A stretch of DNA of 48,930 nucleotides, filler included, from Streblomastix strix (GCA_008636045.1; 3 parts of 3 records of this genome joined end to end with filler, not necessarily neighbours in it); one strand, 5' to 3'. Positions 18,706 to 33,859 are shown, numbered from the whole stretch's first letter. Made by a program: numbers and translations. The notes: generated by a model from the letters alone, not told the origin.

Positions 18706-20537
18706 ATGGAAGAATAAGCCGATTAAAATTTCTACAAGAAAAAAACACACATACATCTCCTCAATAACTTGAAAATAAATTTTTTCGTTTTATTTTGTAT
18801 GTATTTAATAATTAATTTTAAATTCAGTTAAATAGCAATGTCAGTGCAATCTGATACAGGGCGTTGGTTCATGTAATATACGAGTGCGATGTTATTGTGG
18901 AACGCTGGTATACAAATGATAGAGGAAAAGCAGAATAAACATGACACTCCTCATGATCAACCCAAATAATCCAAAAGTTAAGATAAATCAAATAAAGTTA
19001 ATAACAATCAAAATAGTGAAATTATTAATTCAGATAGTGAATCGGAAGAAGAAGAAAATAATTCTACAGATAGAGAGATATTGCATTGTTTATCTAGAGC
19101 AATTTAACTTGATATTAGTGCTATTTATGTTAATACTACTAATTCATAACCACTCTTCCGATTTGTTAGTGAATTAGAAGATAATGGAATTGATGGATCA
19201 GATCCAGATTCAATAACAGCAGCCAATCTTAGTATTCTATCTTCATATTTATATTTAATAGGTTAATAGAGGGAAGAAGCTTTAGAAGAACTGACTGAAG
19301 CATTAGATAAAGTGAAAGTCTTATAATCATCTGAAATAAGCAATGAAGATGATCGAATAAGTATTCCTTCTCTTCACTATCTTAGAGCAGGAATTTATTC
19401 ATCATTGGGAAAATATAATGAGGCATAAATTGACTTTGAAACATCTGTGGCATTAGCTTTAGCTGAAAATGATAATATAGTTGAAAATGGAGGTGAAAAA
19501 GAAAAAGTATAAGAAGATAAATAAATAAAAGAAAAAGAATAAGAATAATAAATAAAAGATAAAGATTAAGAAGATTAATTAACTAAAGATAAAGTATAAG
19601 AATAAATAAAAGAAAAAGTATAAGAATAAATAAAAGAATAAGAATAATAAATAAAAGATAAAGATTAAGAAGATTAATTAACTAAAGAAAAAGAATAAGA
19701 TTAATAAATAAAAGAATAAGGGAAAGAATAAAAAGATTAATAAATTAAAGAAAAAGAATAAGAAGATGAAAAAGTGGGAAAATAAATGATTAAATCTAAT
19801 AAAGAATGGGAAGATACAAATACATTCAGATATCATCACACATTAGCTCAATTCATTTGGGACAAGAGATTGAATGCTCTTTCAGATAAAGAAGAAACAA
19901 AAGATATTGAGAAAGAAGCAGAAATTGATAAAATTAAAGAATAAAAGAGTTAATTAGAAAATGATAAGATTACTGAGTAACATAGAAACAAATATTTTAC
20001 TCATTTACCAAATATGCTTCGAATATACAGCCTTATTAATTTATTTATAATCAATATGCCTTTCGATCATCCACAGGTTTTTGATATTCTTTTAACTTAC
20101 CATTTAATTATTATTTTTTTTCTTATTATTGTATTTTTATCTTTTAGATGTGCTAAGCTCATTATACCCTTGGTGCATTGATAGCTCATTTTGCTATTAT
20201 GAAGCAAACTACTCAAGATTTTGAAACTCTTCTCCATAAACTGAAAGGAATGGGTGGGGATGATTCTTCCTTATAATAACCATCTTTAATAAGAATTGAT
20301 CAAACTGTATTTAATCCTCCTCTTCCAACTCTCACACTTCTTTTAGAGTAAAACAACCCAGTCTCTTTGTTAGGCTTATCAAAATTAATTGTTAGAAGAG
20401 GAAATTTGAGCCGACGGAAGTTGGGCGAGATGGAGAAACAAGATGCAGAATACAAAATTCCCTTCGATGCTATTCAGCGCACGATGGGAGATTGTGCGAG
20501 TAGTATTAAGCGTGCTGAAGCTTTATTGCGTCCCTGA
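18706..20537 (+). CDS. TPR-containing protein with a K/E/Q-rich repeat insert
   Basis: Open frame 18838-20077 includes LHYLRAGIYSSLGKYNEAQIDFETSVAL (TPR pattern). Repeat block about 19500-19770; last exon ends KRAEALLRP*. Start could instead be ATG 18838. Confidence 0.72.
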
Positions 20538-20906
20538 TTTATATGAGTGTAATAAAACATTTAATTTTGAATAATCAACAAAATCAAAAATATATCTTCC
20601 GAGTTTTTTTTTGAAAAATAGTCCGCGAGTATCGTAAGCATAAATGTAATTATATTAGTAAATATAATGATAATTTAATTAAATATGTTAATTAGTCTCA
20701 CAGCTAACTATTTTCCACTGGCATAGATACATAAAATTGAAATAGAAAAAAATTTAAGCTATTTCACCATCTGCGCATGTTCATACTATTTAACATATAT
20801 AAATTCCAACAAAAAATCATATTTTCTTCATTATTTTGATTTAATATGATTGAATAAATAAATATTTATTTATTTTTTACTCAATTTTAATTTGAATAAC
20901 TCAGAT

Positions 20907-23590
20907 ATGTTCCCAACAAAGCCACTCTTTGTTCTTCCTTCATCAAACTAAGTAAAACCAAAAGTTCATAGTAAAGGAAAGATAGATAAATCAGAATAAA
21001 TATTATAATCCGATACATATTTAGTTAAAGCATCAATTTCTCCTGTGAAATCATCATTATGAGATAGGTTTGATGAATATTTTTGTTTTCATTATTAATT
21101 TCTATTATTTTTAGTCATTTGTAGGTTAATAGTTCAACATCAGAACAGTTTATATCATATATAGCTCATATACTTCCAAATTAAAATATTTTGATAGAAT
21201 CTGGATCTGTTAGTAAGCCTCTTTCATTGTCTAATAATACTTTTCGTGCTACACCACTTTAAACATCTGATAAATTTGGAAGTGTAACAGCCTCAGTAAT
21301 GGATGCCATAAAGAAATCAAAAGAACAAGAATTGATAAAACATTAAGAAAGTTAAATTCCAACTTCATTTACAACATCTTATAATAGACCATCTCAATAT
21401 ATTCCTTATTAATATCCATCTTTATCCATTCAATCTCCTAAAAGGCAAATATCAACATCTGAAGTACTACTATCAACAAAGAATTGGAATAAAGAAGCAT
21501 AATCACCAATTCTAACAACTAGATCTCCACCACCTAAATAGATTTATGATTATTTAATTGTTGCAAATCAATATAATGAGAATTAATAAGGAAATACAAA
21601 TATATCACCATATATACATCATATATAATCTCCTTCATAAATGAACAATAAGTAAAGTATCTCGTTTAGAGATAGACCTGTTTCTCCTGTTTAATCTGGA
21701 AGGTCTTCATTAGATTATATAATGGCTCCATACTACCATAAAACTTATTGATTGAGATCCCCAGCTGAAATATATGCATCAGAACATCCAGAAATAAGAT
21801 CAAGCGAAGATTATGAAAGATTTCATTCTCAAAGGAAAGAATGGGAAGATTAAATGAGTACATTATATTAGGATGAAGATAGAAGAAGAAGATCATATGA
21901 TCATGAATAAGTTAGAAGAAAAAGAAAGAATAATCAAAGATAAGAAAGAAAATTACCAAAAGAATCTTAATTTGAAGATAGAACTGAAATATCTGAATCT
22001 TTAAGATCAAATTCAATACAATATTCTCCACATAGAAAATCATAATCAATGAGAAAAGGATCAAAAACTGAGAGAAGTCAATAATCCAAATCTCAGAATT
22101 CTCCAAATAAAACAACAACAGGTAAGAATCCAGATTAAACATATAAATCATAGTCTCTTACTCCAAAGAGGAAGAAATCGATTTCATCTTTGAAATCAAC
22201 TTCTCATTCACAAACTTCAATGCAATCTACTCCCTATACATAAACATCTTCAATATCTATACCACATACATAATCTTCTTAGTCATTATAATCGAGTAAG
22301 AATAAATCAATTAATAGAAGTCCAGAATCCATTTCATAGTCCATTTCATAATCTTATTTATCTCCTCATTCATATTAGAAGATATTGGATTAAAGTTAAA
22401 ATAAAACAATAAGATCACAATAACTAATAAAACCAAAGAAGAAGAATACACTTTCATCATCTTAATCATCTCCTCAATTATCAGAATAAAGATCATAAAT
22501 ATCTCCAAGTGAATTAAGTGTTCAAAGAAGTATACGATCAAAATCAAAATATACATAAATACCCTCAAAGAAGAAGAAATAAAAGAATAAGAACAATGAA
22601 ACACAATCTTTAATTTCAACAAAAAGAAAGAAATAATCTCCATCCAAATCAACTCTTCATTCTTATTCAACATAATCATAGTAAAATAAAAGTGGATAAA
22701 GTGATTTTAGCAGAAGTACATTTAAATCTAATCCCAAATAAATCCACTCGTCATCAAAGAAGAAGAAATTAAAAAAGAAATCAAACATTGATAATGATTA
22801 AACAACGAAATTGTTGAATATAACTCCAACTAAAAGAAAATAATCACCAAACAAATAATCTTAGCATTCTTAGTCTTCAAGATCTTAATTATCTAGAAGT
22901 GGTTTGAGTGGAAAAATAATACCAAAATTCTTATCATCATAAAAATAATCTTCAAATAAAAAGAAGAAATTGAAAAACAATTAAAAAAACAGTACAATAG
23001 GAAAACGATCAATAAAATCGATTAATAGTAAAACTAATAATGGAAGTTTGGATGATTTTTATGACTTAGGGAAAAGAGTTATTTCTCCAATTAGTTAATT
23101 TATGAGTCAAAACCCTAATACATCATATAATTCAATACCAAATGCTAAAAATATTCATTTCACAAATTAAAATAAACGTTCAATTGATGCTTCATAGACA
23201 CATACATTGAAGAAGATAAAAAGAAAAGATTAATCAGATGGAAGATCAATAACACCAAAGAGCATAAAACATACAAAAGGAACTTAATCCCCATCAATAA
23301 AATCATTTAAATCACCAAAGACATAATAATCAATAAAAAGTTAATAGAAGAGTTAATCAAAGAATAAAAGTCCAAGAACTCCATAATCAAAGAGTTCTAT
23401 TAAATATAAATCACCAAAGACCAGAAGCTCTCATAAAAAGTAGGTATTAAGATCAAAGAGCCCAAATAAACACAAATCACCAAAGAAAATAAATCCTTCA
23501 AAGACAAAGTCACCGAAGATAAAGTCACCAAAAAGAACTCAGTCACCAAAGTTTAATAGTCATCATAAACATAAATATCACAAATCATGA
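20907..23590 (+). CDS. Ser/Lys/Gln-rich low-complexity protein with many SP(K) motifs and two internal TGA codons
   Basis: ATG 20907, intron 21068-21114, then one frame to TGA 23588-23590. Internal TGA at 21060-21062 and 21749-21751. Confidence 0.65.
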
Positions 23591-23721
23591 GTTGATGTTG
23601 AAATTAAAAGTAATTTGAAAGAAAATGTAATAATATTTTTAATTTCTTCATTTCATTTATTTTTTCATTTCGTTTATTTATTCATTTATTTATTCATAAA
23701 TTTTAATAAAGAAAATTAAAA

Positions 23722-26700
23722 TCATTTGATCCCACTCTATGCATTATTATCTAATTCAGTTTCAAAAGCAACAAGATTTAAAACCATCTTTTTATCCTCA
23801 GGTCGAAGTGCCTTCCAAATCGCGCGTTCATCATTTGGAATGAAATTATCTTCATCCTCATCCTCATCAGTATTATTTGTATCTTATAATCCCATTTATT
23901 CATTTCCACCAGCCATTACAAATTAAATAATATCTGATACACCAAGCTTTGTTATTAGCTAATCTGATTATTTAGTCTATTCTTGTTAAGTTTGATTTTA
24001 ATGTTTATTTGAATGAGTTAGAGCATGAATACTCAAGGCTGTAGTGTGAATGAGAACAAGAAGAGGAGGAAGAATAATAGATCGTAATAATAGGAGTGTA
24101 TTCCGTCTTCCTGAGTTATGATCATGTATTGTAGAAGTTATGTGAATGTGATTATGTTATGAGGAATCTTGATCAATATTCAATCTTCTTGGATCTTCCT
24201 ATTCAATTCTTTCATTATATTAGGAAGGTTCAGTTATACTTAAACTGAATATACGTCCTGTGTCTTTGGATGTAATGAAGCTCTTTGCAGCAATAAGAAG
24301 AGTCTCAGCAGCTTTAAGAGAAAGTTATTAAGCACGATTCTTCATTTCCAATCTAATAGCTTCACGCCTCTACTCAAGAAGTTTGTTGTTTAGAACTCCA
24401 TACCCAGTTATTTTATTATTCGAATTCCCTGAGAAACCAACAATAATTTTACTAAATGCGTCAGAAACATCCAAATTATCTTCTCCAATACCCAGACTCT
24501 GAAGTGCGAATATTAATTATTATGATGAGAAATCTAATTCTTTTTTGTTATCAATCTTCTTTGATTCAGATGAAGACACAGCATTTGCAAGTGTGCTGTA
24601 TGCAGATTGTGCTCTAAGAAATGCAGTTTGAAGATCCAAGATATGAACATACGATCGTAGTGCATAAGCTTCCATAATTGCATGATTTATTAACATAATA
24701 TTTGTCTTAAGTATAAATCGGCATTATTAACAAGTAATTTTTAATTTGGTTTATTTCATTTAGTCCATAATTTGATTTTATGGGTATAAAGGAGATGGTT
24801 AATCATTATCTTCTTCTTCTTCTTCTTCTTCATCATCTTCATTATCACTTTAGAAATATGCAACATCATCTTCAATATCATTTCTTTCTTTATTAATATT
24901 TATTTATTTATTTTTAATTAATTTGAATTTCCTTTATTATTTCGAATCTTATATTTCATCATTAATTTAGTCATTTTCCGATAAATTGATCAATTATTTC
25001 ATTCCTTAAACTTTTTCATTTAAATCAGAAATTAATCTTTTAGGAAGAATTTCATCATATATTCTCTTTATTAACTATAATTTCTTTTCTTTATTTTATT
25101 ATTATGAATATGATAATGGAATTGTTTCTGCTTATTCCATATTATTTTATGGATTGCTCATCACCATTTCAAGTTCATCTTATCCTTCTTCTTCATTTAT
25201 ATTCTCTTTTAATTATATCTATCTTTCATATTATTAATTATTATATTTACTCTTTAATCTTTTATCAATTAATTAAGTATTCTTTGTTGCATTATTAATA
25301 GAAATTGCTTATATGGTTAAAAGTCGAGCTAATTTATTCCCCAATAAAAGTGAAGATTCTTTTGTATATTATGAAACACATGACCATTTCAAAGTATAGA
25401 GACAATGAATATCGTTTCTTTGGGATGATATATTTGGAAGAGGAAATTAGAGTTATGGAATTTGATTTTTAGATTATTATTGAATAGTATCATTTATATC
25501 CCATTGTTTCATCTCTCTGGAATAAGTTCCTTTAATAATTGCATCAATTACTGAATCAGGATCAAGGCCATGAGAATTGAAACATCTTATGCAAGATTAA
25601 ATACCATTTATAGATAGAGCAACACAATATGACTCAAATGAAGAATAAATATTCAATTACTGCTATTCAGGAGATGCATGTGAAGAATTGGATGAATTTG
25701 CAATAACAATTGAATTGGATGTAAAACTTGCAGATATTGGTGTTGATATAACTTAATTATAATTTACTATTTGTAGAGAATTATCTCTGCTATTTTATTC
25801 ATTATCAATGTCATTATCTAAATGAGAGATTGGTATTTCGTTCATAAATGTGCCAATTAGGTATTTCTAACTTTATTTAGGCAATATACTAATAGTTGCA
25901 ATTATTGATTCAATTAATAAACAAAGCGGATGAAGTTATTTTAATCCTTTCCATATTTCATCATTTTCAAAAGTAATATTGGAATAAGATGATGAATAAG
26001 AATAAGATGATTATAATGAAGATGTATCAGATATAAATTATGGAGCAGTAGATTATGCTCTTGAAATTGATGGAGTGTTTGTTTGTGATGAATATTTTGT
26101 ATTTAGTTTGTTTGTTTGACTTCTAATAACTGGAGCTGATAAACAAGGAGGAAGGAAAAATAGTTGAAGAACACGTTTATAAAAGACAGCCAAAGTAAAT
26201 ATTGAAATAAGAACAGCTGGAAGATGGAGAAATTCATTTGCATGATTTAAGTTGATTTAATTAGATTTTGGGAGTTAATTAATTTTCTCTTATGAATAAG
26301 GAATTGATGATATTGAAAGTGAAAATGAAAGAGCAAAACGAATAATTGTGATGGAAATGATTGTTGGCTATCCATCTTTTTGTAATATAGAAAATTGTTC
26401 AGATTGAGGTTATTATAATAATTATTATTGTTAACTTAATTCATTTAAAATAGTATTAATAAATATTCTATCACAGAAAAGTAAACCAATTATAATTTTA
26501 TCATATAAATTTAATGGAAGAATTGATATACTTTGTACATCTTACATTCTAAGTCCTTTAACAATTGGATTTTAGTTTTAGTTGTAATTATGCTGGATCT
26601 AATTTAAAAATAAAATGATTTTCTAAGGTAAAGTTTCAGCTTCTTCTAATTATTATTACTGAGAATGTGAAGGTTTGGATGAATTATTTCCAAAGAACTA

Positions 26701-28788
26701 TTTAAACAGTTCAATTGTATCTTTCCAATTCAATTAACTTTGAGTGCAACATCCAAAAAGAATCGCTCTTTAACACACATCATTCCAAGAAGGTATATAA
26801 ATTCTTCTTCCTAATTCTTCTAATTCATCAATTTATTCCCCATTTTGTATTCTTTTTGTAATATTTTGTTCAATCTCATAATCTCCTGAATTAATAAATG
26901 ACCAAATTGTTTCATCTTCTTCTTCTTTATCCTGTTAGTGATTAACAAGAAGAGAAGAATGGTGAATATTTGACTATTTATTTTATTCTTATTCATCATC
27001 TCCTGATTATTTCATGTCAGTATCAGATATATTCCACCATCCTTTGATATTACTTCCTTCCGTTACATCAAGTATTACATCTTATTCATTGTCTTTATTC
27101 ATTCTTTATTATTTTTATATTTATTTCTTTCGTCTTTCAATTCTCTCAACAGCAGCTGTTGGAGTTTTGGATTTTCTGATCTTATCTTATATTCTCCAAA
27201 GACATATTAATAAGAAGAGCCAAATTCCATCAATGAATGATTATGAAGAAGATTAAGGATTATGTTGTTACTTCATTTATGGTGATTATTCAGTATTGAG
27301 GGTATTACTAATATTCATGCAAAGACATAAATGTCTGGATAATATTGAATATAGAGTTGATTCATTGACAGATCGAGGAAGAAGAGAAGATTTTTATTTT
27401 AAAGAAGGTAATTGAGGAATTTGTTATTAAAATGTATTAGTTTCAATATGCAGTTATGAAGACAGATTAAAGCATGCATCACAATATTAATTCAAATTAT
27501 TAATATATGATCCTTCTTCATTTAATTCATGTTGTTCTTATTGTATACTGAATTCTCCATCTCCTATAATAGTTGCTGCTCTCCAGAATTACTCATTAGA
27601 CAAACAATATTAGAAAAGAGCTCTTCTTACATTATCATCTTCTTCTTTCTATTCAATTCCTTATACTGAATTGATATTGGAGTTCGTATAACCCATTCTG
27701 AGACACAATAATAGATTATGAGATATTTGGTCATCTATTGCAAGGTCATCTGCAAGGAAGAAGGATGAAGTTAATTATGTTTGAAGGGGATTAATATTTG
27801 AAGATAATGAATTGAATTACTTCTATAATGATGGGTGTTATGCAAAGTTTTATGAAAATAAAGACTATTTTTTAAATCCAATATTTTAATTCTCCTAATT
27901 TTATATATTTTCTTTTTCAAATGTTCCAGATACTTATTCTGCATAAGTTCGAAGTGGACCATCAGGATCAAAACAATTAAATTTTTATATTTCATCACTG
28001 CTGTTAATTTACCCTTGTTTCTATTATAACAATTTATGAAAGCTTCTTTCCCATGAACCTGATTAAGGAAGTTTTGACATCTTTCTTTCTCCACCGATTT
28101 CATTTCTGTCAATTAAATTTCCTTCAAAATCATTTATTACATATTCACGGAATCCATTATTCAGCCAATTGAGAATAACTTTTATTAGCCTTATTGTATT
28201 GCTAGAATTTTCATCCACTTTGTTCTAATCTCCAAAAAATATTGGTTAAAACGTTGAATCGAAAGAGATCATTCTGAGTAAAGTCCAAATATTCCTCTCG
28301 GATCTAGCCAATTCTAGTTCTGCGTCAGATGTACATCTTTATTCTTCAAATCTAAATAAATAAATGCAAATAAATTCAGGAAAAAATTCTGATATTGATA
28401 AATTATTTATATTATACCTTGAAGCAGCAATCTGTTCATATTATAATATAAGTAACTAATGTTCATCTATTGTCTAAAGACGGAGATATTAATTTGTTGG
28501 GAGGTTGTCTAGCTCTTGGCGCAAATCTTTTTCCTGCTAACCAAATTCAGACATATTATCATTATTTTTTTCACTACTTTAGTTTGACATTTATTCTTAG
28601 CGAAGATATATTTCGCCGCTTTGCTGGTAAAGATTTTCAATTTAATGTTCTATTCTCGCTTTCTTGGCGTCATTCTCCTCTGCTAATCTATTAAATTGTT
28701 CCTCGCGAGTAAATTTTCCCTCTCGTCTATGTTTCTCGACAGATGAATACTAAATGCATTCTTTCAATAGTCCGTGGAGGGCATCCAT
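23722..28788 (-). CDS. NUP107: Nucleoporin Nup107/Nup84 family
   Basis: Exons 28788-28418 and 28351-23722, uninterrupted. Ordered motifs ERNIWTLL, VILNWL, SWERSFHKL, FDPDGPLRT, LLLCLRMG, EQFWRAATIIG match the Nup84/107 consensus order. Confidence 0.82.
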
Positions 28789-29287
28789 TCTTAAGAAAAA
28801 TAAATGTAAAAAATAAACGCAATTTATTGCAAATGAAATAAAATTGATTCTTTACAAATATTGTATTGATGATAATTGTGTTAAATAAAATAATATATAA
28901 AATCTAATGTACAGATTATTCTGTTTGGAAAAATCAAGCAAGACCTCTGAATAGGAGGCAAAATAATTAAAAAAATGTGGTTTTTAATGTTTATAAAGAA
29001 GCATTATTCTTAAATATGAAATTCAAATGTCTGGTTATAAGTTTTCGGTGGGTTAGCAACAACCATATTAGGTCATTTATTAATCAGTTTATATTAACAA
29101 GATAAATTAGTTTTCAGTCCTCATTTAAATTTCCCTGATATCAAACATTAACCATTATAGAGATAACAACGCCGAAAATTTTCCATGATAAATATTTGTG
29201 TAAATAAACCAATACATTAATTAAACATGATATATTAATATTATTTGAATATAAATTATGTTATGATTGAAATTAAACTTTCAGATT

Positions 29288-29689
29288 ATGTCCTCAAAGG
29301 CTAAGGCAAAGAGTGTAGAGCAACCTAAGGCAAAAAGCGTAGAACAGCCTAAGGCAAAGAGCGTAGAGCAACCCAAGGCAAAGAATGCTGAGCAGCCTAA
29401 GGCAAAAGCTCCTATGTAACCAAAGGGAAAAGCAATGGAATAACCATAGGGATATCCAAAAAGCACCTCACAGTAAAAACCCCCAGAGTTGAAAGGTAAA
29501 TCAAATTAAACTAGCCCAGATAAAAAATAAGACCTCTCATTAAAAAATAAATTAACTGCTTAAAACATCGTTAGTCCTCCACACACACCACCCCACGTAA
29601 GATCCCCACCCTCACCAGTATCCCATGTTGCAATTGCAAACCAGGCATCTTTTCCTCCATCACCTTCTAATACACCTCCAAATTACTGA
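29288..29689 (+). CDS. Small Lys/Ala/Pro-rich repeat protein (133 aa)
   Basis: MSSKA(KAKSVEQP)3KAKNAEQPKAKAPMQPKGKAMEQP... with a Pro/Ser-rich tail ending NTPPNY*; 24-nt repeat units. Confidence 0.75.
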
Positions 29690-29996
29690 CACATACAATT
29701 CAAGTCAGATTTAATTTATTGATCATCATAGTATATATGGCATATACTGTATTACTCTAGTTTTAATTTACTATACCTCCTTAGTGTATATTTTCCTGAA
29801 TTTATTTCAGTATTTATATATAATTTATGAATAAAATATTAATTTTCACCCCTAAGAAAGTATTTTGATTTTTGTATATATATATAAAGATTGTATTACG
29901 CGCGGTTTAAAAATTATACGGTTTATTGCTGCTAAGGGCAACATAAACAAAAATGTAAAACAATTCGAATGTTTGAAAATAAATAAATAATTAACA

Positions 29997-32592
29997 TCAA
30001 TTTTCGTTCAGAGCAAAGCGTATTTTCTTCAGAAAAGATGGCATCATTTAACATATAGAATCTGAGAGCTTAACACGAAGTATTTTGTTAAAACATTCAC
30101 GATCAAGAGTACTTGTGTTAGTCAATGTAAACATTATAGGATCAAGAAAAGAAGATTTGTTATTTGAATTCTAAGATCCAATGTTCAATCCACTATTTTG
30201 ATATAATTTCTTTTATAATGAATTTGCTGTTTTTGCTTCTCCAAGGAGCAAAAAAATAGTTTTATTCATGGCTTCTGGTGAATGAGCAATTATTTCATCA
30301 ACAAATGGTTGTATAATTATTGCTCCTTGTTCCATCAACTCTCTTTATTATTTATCAATTTAATGCTACTATATCTATTTCTTATAGCTTGAATATTTAT
30401 TATCTTTCATTTCATTCGTAATTATATTGTCTTTCTCAACTTCTTATGCATCTCCATAATCATCTATTATGCAAGAACGTGCAATATAGAGAGATCTGAA
30501 TGAAGCAGCAGCCACTAATGGAGAAACAATTTGGCATGATGGAGGGAAACCAAGAATTTTGTGTATTTGTCTCAGAAAAGGAATAAAATGAGGAGAAGTT
30601 GGATGAAAAGGAGTAATTTAGAGAGATGGTACTTTCTGCTTCTTTTTAGTTGATGGTTAGAATGGAGTTGCATTTATATTTAATTTTTGGTTTGTGAGAA
30701 TATTATTATTATTTAATGAAAGATCAGTCTATTATAATTATTGTTATAATGATGATGATGGAGAAGAAGATGATGATTATAATGCATTTTTAGAATTAGG
30801 AAGATCAGAAATATTGGATTGGGGATTTTCTAAAGGAATGAAAGTGAAAAATGAAGGTTAAATAATTGAAGAAACAGTCGAAAGCGAGGAAGTTGCATAT
30901 GAAATTATATTTGATGGCTTATAGAAGTTTAAACTCTCTAATTCACTCAATGTTATCTTATTTGAATTAATTGATGTTTTCTAAGATTAAGATTATGATG
31001 ATGAAGAGTCTTTTGAAGACGAAATTTAATTTTCATTCTTTTCGACAACAGAAATTTAATTTTTATTAGTTGTCAATTCTTTTTAAATTTATTTTTCTTC
31101 AATTAAAGTGTCTTATTTAATGTTAGAATTTAAAATATTATCAGAATTCTTATTAAGTATATTCGCATCATTAGCATTATTTGCATTTTCATTATTTTCA
31201 ATATTATTATCAATTTATTTCAGTTTTGGAGTAAGATTTAAAGTTGTTGGTCTGGGCATTGGAAGATTGGTTACTGGTATGATTTTCTTTTGAAGTTGGA
31301 AAGGTGGTTGTTATTATTTTGGTGAATTTGAATATTGTTGTTATTATTACATAAACAGAAATGGAGATGAAATTTGTTTTAAGGATGAATTAATTTTGGG
31401 AGAAATAATCTTAGATTTATATGATGGTAATATTTTAGGAAGTTCTTTTAGTGCAGGTTTTGTTTGTGGCTCAATCATCTTTACTTCTTTTTATTCTGTG
31501 TTTTTTGAGTTTAATTCATTTAAATCTTTCATTTACTCATTTATTTGATTATTAATCTAATTTATTGTCTTATCTTAATTTTACTCATCTTTATTTATTT
31601 TCTCATTTTTGACAACATTCAATGTTTCATTCTTCTTCGAGTCATATATTTCCTTTTCATTCATTAGTATACTTTTATTCTATTCATATTTCACTTTCTC
31701 TTTAACTCTTTCTATTTATTAATCAATTTATTTCTATTTTTCTTTCAATTTTTCAATTTATTATTAAATCTATTTTTCTTTTTCATTTTCTTTTAACTTA
31801 TTTTTCTTCTTGTATGTTCTTGGCTAATGTGTTAATAACAGAGAATGCAAGAGAGTGGGACCAATAATATTGAATAACTCAGAAATGATCGAATCTTCAA
31901 ATATTGGAAATAGTTTTGGATAACTTAATTTATCAAAATAAGAAAGAAACGTTTCATCTTTTAATTCTTTCTATTCATATTCTTATTCATTCTCTCTTTT
32001 AATGCAATTATCATTAAATTCATGTATGAACTCATCAGATTTTTGTTTATTTTCAGATTCTTCAATATTATTGTCATTTTATTCTTTTAAATTAGTCTAA
32101 CTCTTCCACTACAATTCATTTATATCTTTTTCTTCATTAATTTCTTCAATTAATAAAGGTTTATTATAATTCAATCCATATTTATCTTAATTCTTTTATT
32201 TAATTCTTTTATTATTTACTTATTCTTTTATTTATTCTTATTATTTATTATATTGTTAATCAATCAAAGGATTTAATTCTTGTTATGAGAATGAAGATGA
32301 TTGAATGTATTACAAATATGATGGAGATTGAGTAAAGAATTAATTATTCTTATTCTGTTCTTATTAAGATTCTTATTGATTCTGTTATTATTATGGAGAT
32401 TCAACATATGGTGATTATTGAATTGAAGGAGAAGATTCATTTGTTTCATTTTTCTTATTTTTGAATATAATTGGTACCTTAGTATCTTTATCCTATTCTT
32501 CATATTATTTATTTAATATGTACTATTTTGATTATTTTGATGAAACAGAAGATAAATAAGAATAAATGGATGAATGTTGAGATGAGGGTGTA
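29997..32592 (-). CDS. Hypothetical protein, 3' part (5' end lost in gap)
   Basis: Long table-6 frame ending ...MMPSFLKKIRFALNEN* (TGA at 29999-29997). Confidence 0.75.
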
Positions 32593-32692
32593 NNNNNNNN
32601 NNNNNNNNNNNNNNNNNNNNNNNNNNNNNNNNNNNNTTAATTAATTAANNNNNNNNNNNNNNNNNNNNNNNNNNNNNNNNNNNNNNNNNNNN
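32593..32692. other. Artificial contig linker (N44-TTAATTAATTAA-N44)
   Basis: Same 12-mer at 32637-32648. Confidence 0.95.
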
Positions 32693-33859
32693 ATGTTCCC
32701 TTTATTTATATTCTCTTGGATTTCCTGGAGGGATTGTTCTTAGTATAGATAATCTTTCATCCAGACTGTGTGAAGGTGAGTGTTGTCGAGAGTGTGGCGA
32801 AATAGAATTGTAGGATAATTATGCATGGAAATGATGAACCATTTAATCAAATTGTTTAATGTATTCATGATGATTCAATAGATGATGTGATAAGTAATTG
32901 GAGTAATGATATTCATAAAGTTCCTAGTTTAGAAGAGAAAAAGAAATAAGAAACCAATGTAAAGATATTAACAGATATAGCTAATGATGTAGCTGAAGTT
33001 GCAGGTGATGGAAAAAAAATAACTAAAACGCATGATAAAAACACTAAAATAGGTGATATTGATTTTGATGATAATCTAATAGTATTTAACAAAAAATAAT
33101 GATTGAGTTACTTAATAAGTTTGAAACAACATTTGAGAATCTAGAAAAAATAACTGGTTCAATTCGTTATTCTCCTCTTACCGAAGAATTCATTAAAGAA
33201 TGCTACATTGAATGGTATAATTAGCGAACGCATAATCACAATGTTGATGGGACAATTAATAAAATTATGAAATATTTCAAGTAACAAATAATAAATAAAT
33301 GGTTCTATTCAATCATCATACATTTGGACCCAATTTATTAATAAAAGTATAAAAATACATTTAAACACTTAGATGTTGATAAAACAATTAATATAAATAA
33401 ATTTAAATATGATATTAATGAAGTTAATGCTAGACAATATAAAATTAGCGATTTCAATTAATTGATCAATGATCTAAGAGGAGTAATAAGAGTAAAAGAT
33501 GGTCCATGTGATATAAATATTAGAGATAAAAGATAATTCAAAATAGTAATGAAATCCGAAGAACAAATGACGAAATTCTTTAAATTCGATAAACCTTTCA
33601 TAAATGAGAATAGCATTAATCTTGGGTAAATTATAAGTAAATATAGTAAATCATTCCGATATGATGAATTTATATTCTAAAAAAAATAAAGAAGGTTGCA
33701 TCGATATATTCACTGGCTTTGCTTATAAAGAGATATAAACTGATGATTTCACACGAATTCAACCATTCTTGAATCATATTAAAACGTATTAGCAGGTAAT
33801 GTTGACACAGAAATTAACAATGAATATATCATTAAATGGTTTGCTTCAATATTCAAATA

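Noticed and set aside
23722..28351. Full reassignment of TGA to Trp
   Set aside because: By my reading this exon has no internal TGA and more than ten TGG codons, and genes terminate at TGA; only occasional read-through remains possible.
30240..30345. IIQPFVDEI resembling an ATP-grasp motif
   Set aside because: Single short match with no other ATP-grasp motifs recognised.
32500..32800. Apparent virus-host integration junction
   Set aside because: The two sides are separated by an artificial linker, so no TIR, TSD or junction can be inferred.
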